Source: the human T2T-CHM13v2.0 reference genome, Homo sapiens. From it: a stretch of DNA of 64,000 bases. The stretch lies in assembly GCF_009914755.1 (NCBI RefSeq), contig NC_060932.1; one strand, written 5' to 3'. A program made the translations under genes and the position numbers. This document shows positions 49,947-64,000 of this stretch, in pieces. Numbering within the stretch: the stretch's first letter is position 1; each line of letters opens with the position of its first letter. The notes beneath the pieces are model-generated. The model made no database searches. It saw only the letters and a list, made by a program, of their open reading frames with translations, and was not told the DNA's origin.

Positions 49947-50413
49947 TCAAGAAGATTCCCTTCACTATTAAGTAAACATAATAATAATCATAGCTATCAT
50001 TTATCAAGTCCTTTCTACATGCCAGGAGTTTTACCAGGATTATTTTATTTATCCTCATAAGAACCCTATAAGGGACATGTATTATTAGCCTTACGTTATA
50101 TATAAGGAAACTAAGCCTTACAGAAGTTAAATAATTTTCCCAGGGCCACAAAGCTGGTAAATAATCAGTTCAAAACTAAAATGATTTCAAGTTACTTAGT
50201 GGGAAGTTAAAGGAATTATTATTTATTTATTTTTGGTTGAAGTTAAAGTTTTGTATCTGAAAATGATATTTTTTTAAGAAAATAGTAACAGGACTAACAA
50301 TTATGTGGTTTTTAAACAACACTGAAATACCAGTTTTTGCTTGCGGAATTGTAAAATTTTAAAAATACATGACAAGCAATGTTTTTCAGAATTAATGAAT
50401 CAGAAACCTTTGA

Positions 50414-50780
<367 letters not shown>

Positions 50781-50887
50781 CATCCATTTCTTAAACAACC
50801 TAAAGTGAGTGTGCATTACTTTATAGTTGTAAAATTAAAAAAAAAAACTTTTTTAAAAGAAAGATATGGTTTAAAAAGACCAAATTT

Positions 50888-51030
50888 GGCTGGGTGTGGT
50901 GACTCACATCTATAATCCTACCACTTTGTGGGTCTGAGTGGGAGGATTGCTTGAGGCCAAGAGTTCAAGACCAACCTGGTCAACATAGCAAGATCCCCGT
51001 TTCTATTTAAAAAATAAATAAATAATAAAA
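50888..51030 (+). mobile_element. FLAM monomer
   Basis: Left-arm monomer with A-rich tail; TSD accaaat. Confidence 0.82.
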
Positions 51031-51432
51031 ATACCAAATCCATATTCCTCTTTTGAATTACTGAGTAAAATAAAATATTTTCTTTTTCCACTTTCAAAGA
51101 TGGTATATTCTTTTTATTATGTCTTGAGGGCATTGGTGTAATTAAAAAACTGATAAATGACCAAGAATTCATGAGTCATCAAATATAGCTCCCTGATGTA
51201 TCAGGAGAAAATCTCAAGCCTTGAGATTAATGGTAAAATACCGTTTAAAAAGTCACATAAATGTACCCAAACTGAATATTCGGTGCCTCATTTATTGTTT
51301 TGTAAAGACACGCTCAGTATATCAATGCTGTGAAGCTGAAACAAGTTTCAGTAACTGACAGCAAAAGAGGCTTCACTAAGTTAGTCAGAGACCCAGCCAG
51401 ATAAAATTTTGAAATGATTAAAATATCATAAA

Positions 51433-51735
51433 GGTCTGAGTGCAGTAGCTGATGTCTGTAATCCGAGCACTTTGGAAAGTCAGGGTGGGAGGATAGCTTG
51501 AGGCCAGAAACTGGAGATCAGCCTAGGCAACAGTTCAAGACTCTGTCTCTAAAAAAATTTTTTTAGTTAGGTGGGCGTGGTGGCACGAGCCTATAGTTCC
51601 AGCTACTTGGGAGACTGAGGTAGGAAGATCACTCTAGCCCAGGTGTTTGAGGCTGCAGTGAGCTATGTTGGTGCCATGTACTCCAGCCTCGGCGACAGAG
51701 TGAGGTCCTATCTCAAATAAAATAATAAAATAAAG
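51433..51735 (+). mobile_element. AluJ-like
   Basis: Diverged dimer. Confidence 0.9.
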
Positions 51736-52689
51736 TAAAAATCAGAAAAAGCTGAAGACAAAATTGGTGCAGGAAGCCCATGACTGATTTAAGCAACTGG
51801 ATCACTGTGTCTTCAGATTGATGCCTGTGCCTCAGGTGACCCTGGGACAAAGCTGGCTGAGAGATGGGGAGGAGCCGATGACACAATCAAGCTGAGACTC
51901 AGGTATAATTAGGTGAAACTTTATACCAAATGGACATCACAAATCTGTGATTTGATCTGCAAGGGATTTTATTTTTACCCGGACTCTCTGTCCTATGTCA
52001 AAACTTGCCGATTATTTTCATGAATCCCATGACAATTTTACATGGGTTCAAATGATTCCTCTTACTTTTTAATAACCTTATTTAGCCATTAGATTTTGAT
52101 GGATTGATTTTAATTTTTAGTAATGAGTATATTCTGTATTTTAGACCAGGGAACATGAAGCCATTATTGCAGTTAATGAGTTTCATCATTATTTACAATA
52201 CAATAAACAATGTGTTGATTTAAACTGGGTGTACATTAACATAAATGCGCAGAACATTTTTTTAAATTCCTCTCCATGCTATTTATGGCACCCAGCAAAG
52301 TTTAATGGTAGATGCGAAGAAAGAAAAAAAAAAGTGAGAAATGAGACCCTTGGGTAGCCAGAAGGATCAAGATAGGACCAACCTGTTTTCATTAGGGGGC
52401 AGCTTTGTGGGAAGGGCTCGGGTGAGCACCCACAGATTGCACCGAGGTGCTATACTCTGAGGCTGTGATAAACAGACTTCCCAGCCCCCACAGATCTTTC
52501 CTGTAGATTTATCGCAGTGCCTGGGGTTCTGCCATTAAGAATTTTCCCTATAGTCTTGAAGGCTAATCATGTTTACAGTTCTGCTTTGAAGATTGCAAAG
52601 CACCTCTAGGAACACTTCTTAGCTAATCCCTTGGGGCAGGGGCTCTAACCGGTTGATCAAGCTTGACTGGTGCATCTTTTCGGGAAGAG

Positions 52690-52870
52690 GCAGTAGCAGT
52701 GTTAAGAGCTCAGGCGTTAGATATTAAATCCCTGCCTCTGCTGAGAGTGACCTGGGGCAAGTTATCTTCCCTAAGCCTCAGTTTCTTTATCTATAAAGTA
52801 AGGATAGTAATATTTACCTTGAAGAGCAGTCGTAAAGGAAACAAAAAAATACATGGAAAACGCTTAACCA
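52690..52870. mobile_element. MIR
   Basis: gtgacctggggcaagttatcttccctaagcctcagtttctttatctataaa. Confidence 0.75.
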
Positions 52871-53209
52871 CAACAGATGGTCCCCATATAAGGACAACCA
52901 GGTGGGTTGAAAGGCAGCTGTTAGCCCCTCACCGAGCATGTGCGCCTCCCTCAGCTCAGATGCATCCCAGCAGCTGGGCTGGGGAGAGTATTTCCAACTG
53001 CTGGGCACCCTACTTCTCTGCCAACTGTGAGCTACAGGGAAGGGATGCCTAGGTGGACCAGGTCAGCACCTCCTCTAACATCCGACTTCACCCCCATGAA
53101 ATCAACACCCTCACAATCTTGGTATCCTGGGAGACTGGAGAGGGGTCCTAAATGGGAGGGTTCCCAGAAGACTTTACCAGCTAGAGAATTCTGCCTAGGG
53201 AAGAGGTGT

Positions 53210-53724
<515 letters not shown>

Positions 53725-54159
53725 TAAGGGATAGGTTTTAATGTTCATTTTCTAGCTCCAGGAAGGGTAGGTGCCCATGAGTCATCAGGGGTCTTGGCCA
53801 CTTTCATCTTTGCACACTGGGTCTGATGTTGCCAGGGACAGATGACAGTGCAGCAAATTGGAGAGGAGGGAAAGCACGTGGCTACAAGACTCTACCGAGG
53901 AAGGTCTGTTTCTTCTAGAGAGCATGAAGACTGATGCCGTGACCCAGGACTATGACGTTTACTGGTACATGTGTCTACCTTGGCCACTTTTGCCTCTTTT
54001 CTTTTCTCTAATACATTATCACTACCTCATCTTCAGGAGAGTTTTTAACCTAGAGGTCCAAAACCCGGCAATACATCATCTGCGCAGATTCTTTGTTTTC
54101 TAAAATAAGAGATTCTCAGACACCAACTCCTTAGAGATTCTGATTTAGGAAGTATGAGA

Positions 54160-54375
54160 GGCATAGGGGCCAAGCATATAAATTCTGGAGACAGATTGCC
54201 TTGGTTCCAATCCCAGCTCCCTGGCTTACTATGTGTGCATGTGAGCAAGTCACTTATGATCTCTGCACATCAGTTTCTTCATCTATAAGATTAGGATAAT
54301 AACAGTAGCCTACCTGACAGAGGGGCTAACAGGGTGAAATGAATTATTGTTATTAAGCAAGGCACAGGGCCTAGA
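54160..54375. mobile_element. MIR
   Basis: ggttccaatcccagctcc...gagcaagtcactt...cagtttcttcatctataa. Confidence 0.75.
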
Positions 54376-55059
54376 ATTTGGTATGTATTTTTTAAAAGGC
54401 TGTTGATCATGAGACACAGACCAGCTGAGGAATCACATTGATACAAAGCTATTTCTAATTAGCATCCAACCATTGGTCTTTAGTGTAATTTCAGAAGTCG
54501 AAACAGGAGATTCAGGGACATCAAAGAATAATTTTTGGCAAGTTCCTGACGCTGACAAGAAAGATGAAAATTAGGAGGCATTACTTTTTGATCACTCCTT
54601 ATATGGATACATTTATGAAACACTGGACAATTTTCAAGGTAAACCATTGAACATCAGGAAGCACAAAGTCAAGAGAGAAGAAAAACCTAAAATTACAGGA
54701 TTTCACATGACAAATTGAAAGTAAATTAATCATTTTTCCACTGACCTTAATCACAGGGAAAAATAATTAATCATTGTCAGAAATGTTTAAAACTGCTTGA
54801 GTTCTTCCCAAAGGTTCCAGGGAATGAGATATATTCATCATAAGATGAAGAATTCCATCAAATTTGATCCAGGTGCATTTAGAGCAGCACACCTGTATAC
54901 GACTACTAGACCAGCTTCTCTAATGATCAGAAATTGAATGTAGACAACACACAAAGAGGGAATTTTAGTACTTTTAGCTGCTTAGTATGTCATCCATACA
55001 TCCAAACTTCAGAGGTGCTTTGTCAGGCATTTTTCACAGCTTCTCCCTTCCCGTTTTCC

Positions 55060-56113
<1,054 letters not shown>

Positions 56114-56682
56114 AGGGTTACACATTTTTAATTACAATTTTTATCCAGATAATTGTAGATGTACATGCAGTAGTAAGAAATCATAGAAAGATCCTTACAT
56201 TTTGCCCAGTTTCCCCCAAGGGGAACGTTTTAAAAAACTATAGAACATTATCACAACCAGGTTATTGACAATGCGACAATCCACTAATCTTATTCAGATT
56301 TCCTCAGTTTACTGATATTCATTTATGGACATGTATGTGACTGCTTATTAATATCTATTCATTTTTATCACCCGTGTAGGTCCAAGTGCCCACCAACAGG
56401 GTCAAGATACTGAATATTTCTAGCACCACAAGGATGCCCCTTGGGTTACCCTTTTATAACCACATCCACCTCTTCCTGTTCCATGCACCTGTGGCCCTAA
56501 ATCCTTTACCCTGGCATCCATTTGTCCTCCATTTCTAAAATTTTGTCATTTAGAAAATGTTTTATAAATTGAATCACATATTATGCAACCTTTTGGGACT
56601 GGCTTTTTTGACTCAGTATAATTCCCTGGAAATTCATCAAAGCTGTCACACATATCAAGAGTTCATTCCTTTTTATTGCTAA

Positions 56683-57063
<381 letters not shown>

Positions 57064-58034
57064 CATATGCTTATTTTTCATCTGTATATCTTATTTAGTG
57101 AGGTGTCTGTTAAGGTCACTGGCCCATTTTTAATCAGGTTGTCTTTTTCTTATTGTTGAGTTTAAAGCATTCTTTGTATATTTTAGATAACAGTCTTTTA
57201 TTAGACTTATCTTTTGCAAATATTTTCTCCTAGCCTGTGGCTTTTCTCCTTATTCTCTTGACAGTGTCTTTCACAGAACAGAAAGTTTTAACTTCAATGA
57301 AGTCCAACTTATCAATTCTGTCTTTCATGGATCATGCTGTTGATGTTGTATCTAAAAAATAATCACAAAACTCGAGGTCATCTAGATTTCCTTCTATGTT
57401 ATCTTCTAGGATTTTTATAGTTTTGTGTTTTACATTATGTTATCCATGTTGAGTTAATTTTTGTGACGAGTATAAGATTGTGTCTAGATTATTACTATTA
57501 TTATTATTTGCATGTGGATGTCCAGTTGTTCCAGCACCATTTGTTGAAAAGGCTCTTTTGCTGAATTGTATTGCCTTTGTTCCTTTGTCAAAGTCAGTTG
57601 ACTATATTTATGTGGATCTATTTCTGGGCTCTCTATTCCGTTCCATTTATCTATCTTTGTGTATTCTTTTGTCAAACCACACTGTCTTGACTACTGTACC
57701 TTTATAGCAAACCTGGAACTCCTCCAATTTTGTTCTCTATTAATATTGTGAGCTGCTTTGGGTCTTTTGCTTCTCCATATAAACTTTAGAATCAGTTTGT
57801 CAATATCCACCAAGTAAGTTGCTAAAATTTTGAGTCAGATTATGTTGAATCTACAGATCAAGTTGTGAAGATCTGACATGTTGTAAATATTGAGTCTTCC
57901 TATCCATGAACATGGAATATCTCTCCATTTATTTACTTCTTTGATTGTTTTCATCAGAATTTGGTAGTTTTCCTCACTTAGATTGTATATGTATTCTGTT
58001 AGATTTATACCTAAATATTTTGTTTTTGAGAGTG

Positions 58035-58462
58035 TGCTATGATTTGAATATGGTTTGTCTCCCAAAAAACTCATGTTGCACTTGGTCTCTAATGTAGCGT
58101 TTTGGAAGATAGTGCCTTTAAAGCATGATTGGGTTGTTAAGATTGATCAATCTCTTTCTGAAAAGATTGGGTTAGTTCTCTTGGGATGGATTAGTTCCCA
58201 GGAGAGTGGATTGTTAGAAAGTGAGGTTGCCTCTTCTGTTTGGACTCTTTGCATGCACCCACTTCCCCTTCCGCTTTTGAAACATGCCTCCTAATATGTT
58301 TCATGCTTCCACATGCATGCTTCCCCCATGCTATGAAGCAGGAGGAGGCCCTCACCAGATGCAGCCACCTGTCCTGGACTTCTTAGCCTCCAGAACCTCT
58401 TTTCTTTATATATTTCCCAGTCTTCGGTATTTTGTTATGGCAACAGAAAATGGACTAAGATA
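58035..58462 (+). mobile_element. MST-family MaLR solo LTR
   Basis: tgctatgatttgaatatggtttgtctccc...gcaacagaaaatggactaagata. Confidence 0.82.
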
Positions 58463-58539
58463 AGGTGCTGATGTAAATAGTATTGTATTCTTAATTTCAA
58501 ATTTCCCTTGTTAATTGCCAGCATATAGGAAGTAATTGA

Positions 58540-59183
<644 letters not shown>

Positions 59184-59336
59184 CTGGTCAATACTTTTGA
59201 AATTTCTACATAAACTACCAGATCATCTGTGAACAGATTTTTTTATTTCTTTCCAATATGTATACCCTTTCCGTCCTTTTTCTTACCTTGCTGCATTAGC
59301 TAGGACTTCCAGTACAATATTGAAAATCAGTGGTGA

Positions 59337-59635
59337 GGCCAAGGTAAGTGGCTCATCCCTGTAATCCCAGCACTGTGGGAGGCCAAGGCAGGCAGATCAC
59401 TTCAACCCAGGAGTTCGAGACCAGCCTGGGCAACATGACAAAACCCTGTTTCTGCAAAAAATACAAAAGTTAGCTGGGCATAGTGGCATGCACCTGTAGT
59501 CCCAGCTGCTCAGGAGGCTGAGGTGGGAGGATTACTTGAGCCCAGTAGATGAGGTTGCAGTGAACCAAGATCACACCATTGCACTCCATCCTGGGCAACA
59601 GCGTGAGACCCTGTCAAAAAAAAAAAAAAGAAAGA
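59337..59635 (+). mobile_element. AluJ-like
   Basis: Dimer with A tail. Confidence 0.9.
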
Positions 59636-60180
59636 AAGGTGTCATCCATTTTAAATTAATTTTCATTTAAGGTGTAATGTTTAGGTCATGGTTTGTGTTT
59701 TTGCCTATGCAGTACCATTTGTGGAAAAGGTTATCCTTCTTGTCAAAAATCAATTAAGCATATTTCAGTGGATCTTTTTCTGGAATCTTTACTCTGTTCC
59801 ACTGATCTGTGTATCTGTCACTCTGTCAATACCATACTGTCTTAATTGTGGTAGCCATGTAGTAAACCTTAATATTGGATAGAGTGATTCCTCTCACTTT
59901 ATTATTTATCAAGACTATTTTAGCTATTCCAGAGCTCATTCCTTTCCACTTAAGTTTCTGAATAAGTTTGTCCATGTATACAGAAATGCTTTCTGGGGTT
60001 ATAATAGAAATTGTATTAAATCTGTAGATTAATTCGGAAGAATATCTTTATTATGTTGAATCTTTCGATCTATAACCATAGTAGGTGTCTCCATTAATTT
60101 AGGTTTCCTTTGATTTCTTTCATCAGGATTTTGTAATTTTCCGCACACATATTAAATAAAATATACTTAGAAATATATCT

Positions 60181-60483
60181 AGCCCAGGTGCAGTGGCTCA
60201 TGCATGTAATCCCAGCACTTTGGGAGGCCGAGGTGGGTGGATCACTTGAGCCTAGGGGGTTCAAGACCAGGCTGGGCAACATGGTAAAACCCCACCTCTA
60301 CATAAACCATAGAAAAATTAGCCAGGCATGGTGACCCACACCTGTAGTCCCAGCTCTAAGGTGAGAAGACTGCCTGAGCTCACGAGGTCAAGCCTGCAGT
60401 GAGCTATGATCATGCAACTGCACTCCAGTCTGGGCAATAGAGCGAGACCCTGTCTCAAAAAAAAAAAAAAAAAGAAAGAAAGA
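60181..60483 (+). mobile_element. AluJ-like
   Basis: TSD agaaatatatct / agaaatctatct. Confidence 0.9.
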
Positions 60484-60924
60484 AATCTATCTAAATATTT
60501 CATTTTGTCTGTGTGTCATATGGAAATGCAAAAGTTTTTTTGTGTTTATCTTGTATTCTAAATCCTCACTAAACTCATTTATTAGTTCCAAGAGATTCTT
60601 TGTAGATTTCTTGGGATTTTCTACACAGGCAATCATATTATCTGCAAACAGAGATAGTTTTGTTTCCTCCTTTCTAACCTGTATACTTTTATTTTTTTCT
60701 TGTCTCTTGCAATAACTTCCACGACCATGTTGAAGTGATGAGAGCAGACTTCCTTGCCTTTTTGTCGTGATCTTAGTGGAAAAACATTGATTCTTTCATC
60801 ATTAAGTATGATGCTAGCTCTAGATTTTTGTTTTTGTAGATGCTATTTATCAAGTTTAGATATTTCCCTTCTATTCCTAACTTACTGAGATTTTTTTTAT
60901 GAATCAGTGTTGGATTTTACCAAA

Positions 60925-61221
<297 letters not shown>

Positions 61222-61500
61222 AAACATTTTTTCTGTGTCAAATTGATAGAGTTGTATGATTTTTCTTCTTCAGCTTGTTAAATGGTGAATTACACTGACT
61301 GATTTTCAAATATTGAACCAGCCTTATATACCTGGAAGAAGTTCCACGTGGCTATGGTACATAATTCTTTTTATACATTGTTGGATGCAGTTTGCTAATA
61401 TCTAGTTTAGATTTTCACATTTAAATTCATGAGAAATATTGGTGTATTCTTTTTTTGTACTGTCTTTGGTTTTAGTGTCAGGGTAACACTGGTTCCATAA

Positions 61501-61923
<423 letters not shown>

Positions 61924-62264
61924 GAGAGAGAGTAAATTTTTTAGAACAGTTTAGATTTACAGAAAAATTGAAAATATGGCATAGTTTTCATATACTGCAT
62001 ATCCAGTTTCCCCTATTATTAACATCTTCGATTAGCATGATACATTTGTTAAAATTAATGAATAATATTGATACATTATTAACTAAAATCTATACTTTCT
62101 TCAGATTTCCTTAATTTTTACCTAATGTCCTTTTCTTATTCCAGAATTCCATCCAGAATACCACATTACATTTAATTGCCTTGTCTCCTTAGGCTCCTCT
62201 TGGCTGTGACAATTTCTGAAACTCTCCTTGTTTTTTATTTTTGTTTGTTTGTTTTATTTAGGTT

Positions 62265-62559
62265 TCTTTTTTTAAGACAGAGTCTCACTCTGTTGCCCAG
62301 GCTGCAATGCAGTGGCGTGATCTCAGCTTACTGGAATCTCTGGCTGCCTCCCAAGTTCAAATGATTCTCCTGCCTCAGCCTCCTGAGTAGCTGGGATTAC
62401 AAGCGCCCACCACCACGCCCAGCTAATTTTTATATTTTTAGAAGAGACAAGGTTTCACCATGTTGGCCAGGCTCGTCTCAAACTCCTGACTTCTAGTGAT
62501 CTGCCGACCTCAGCCTCCCAAAGTGCTGGGATTACAGGCATGAGCCACCATGCCCAGCC
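62265..62559 (-). mobile_element. Alu inserted in the PPIA retrocopy poly(A) tail
   Basis: Antisense dimer between the PPIA 3' end and a residual T-rich tail. Confidence 0.92.
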
Positions 62560-62560
62560 C

Positions 62561-63297
62561 TTTTACTTAGTTTTTATTTTATAATCTTAACTCTGCAATT
62601 CAGCTAGATGTAAAAGGAAATAAGGAAAATATAGAACCCAAAGAGCTGCCGTGAGAGCACAAAGATTATAGAAGGCTGCAAACAAATGCAGTAGTGCGGT
62701 GCTCTCCTGAGCTACAGAAGGAAAGGCCTGGTAGTTAAGATAAAACACAAGTCAAATTTATTAGAATGATCCACAGTCAGCAATGGTGATCTTCTTGCTG
62801 GTCTTGCCATTCCTGTACCCGAAGCACTCCATGGCTTCCATGATATTCATGCCTTCTTTCACCTTGCCAAAGACCACATGCTTGCCATCCAACCAGTCAA
62901 TCTTGCAGTGCAGATGAAAAACTGGGAACTGCTTGTGTTGGGTCCAGCATTTGCCATGGACAAGATGCCAGAACCCGTATGCTTCAGAATGAAGTTCTCA
63001 CCTTCAAATTTCTCCTTGTAGATAGACTTGCCACCAGTGCTATTGTGGCTTGTGAAGTTCATACATACCCTGACACAGAACCCCTGGAATAATTCTGTAA
63101 AAGCAGAAACCCTGATAACCAAATTCTTTCTCTTCAGTGCTCAGAGCATGGATATTTTCTGCTGTCTTTGGAACTTCGCAAACAACTCAAAGGAGATGCA
63201 GCTCAAAGTCTCGCCGTCAATGGCGATGTCAAAGACCATGGTGGGGTTGACTGTGACTTGTGGCATAGGGCTCTGGGTGGCCCCAGCATCTGCAAAG
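62561..63297 (-). pseudogene. PPIA (retrocopy): Processed pseudogene of PPIA (cyclophilin A)
   Basis: Intronless homology ([48 protein letters not shown]). Start codon changed to ACA at 63254; about 3 frameshifts versus remembered PPIA; stop at ~62758; PPIA-like 3' UTR ending aaataaaaactaag; 5' UTR tttgcagatgc; TSD core cttgttttt. Confidence 0.97.
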
Positions 63298-63452
63298 CAT
63301 TCTTGTTTTTGACGAGCTTAACAATTTTAAGAAGCACTGATAAGGTATTTTTCAGAATTTCTCTCCATTAGAATTTTTATGATGTTTTTCTTGAGACTGA
63401 CGTTATAAGTTTCAGGGAGAAAGACCAGAGACAGAAAGCGCCATTTTCATCA

Positions 63453-63827
<375 letters not shown>

Positions 63828-63853
63828 CTAACTTTTGAAAATTCTATACTCCT

Positions 63854-64000
63854 GGCTGGGCACGGTGGCTCACACCTGTAATCCCAGCACTTTGGGAGGC
63901 CAACATGGGCAGATTACCTGAGGTCAGGAGTTTGAGACCAGCCTGGCCAACATGGTGAAACCCTGTCTCTACTAAAAATACAAAAATTATCCGGGCGTGG
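63854..64000 (+). mobile_element. Alu, cut by the window edge
   Basis: Left arm and linker. Confidence 0.93.

Noticed and set aside
52386-52403. CTCF-like tcattagggggcagc
   Set aside because: Two mismatches in the 5' core; such matches are common by chance
63028-63371. Plus-strand ORFs of 94 aa and 67 aa
   Set aside because: Antisense shadows of the PPIA pseudogene

Overview
Primate (human-like) genomic DNA, judged from Alu, L1PA/L1PB, THE1 and MST repeats. It looks intergenic or deep-intronic. I found no intact protein-coding gene, convincing exon, RNA gene or CpG island. About 59 Alu-family elements (roughly a quarter of the window) sit among old L1, MaLR/ERVL solo LTRs, DNA-transposon relics (MER53-like, MER2-like), L2, MIR, L3 and microsatellites. 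There are two minus-strand processed pseudogenes: a full-length GTF2A2 (TFIIA gamma) retrocopy at ~44575-45977, with a 13-nt frameshift deletion and a 5' UTR split by two Alus, and a full-length PPIA (cyclophilin A) retrocopy at ~62561-63297. Nearly all other ORFs in the track are Alu/L1/LTR translation artefacts. I see no new biological system. The most notable signals are fossil rearrangements (a local inverted duplication, a fold-back at an Alu 5' junction, a probable short L1 3' transduction, nested inverted Alus, Alu-bounded deletions) and one candidate enhancer motif cluster. Repeat subfamily names come from remembered consensus sequences and need RepeatMasker/Dfam confirmation. Boundaries are approximate unless a TSD is quoted.
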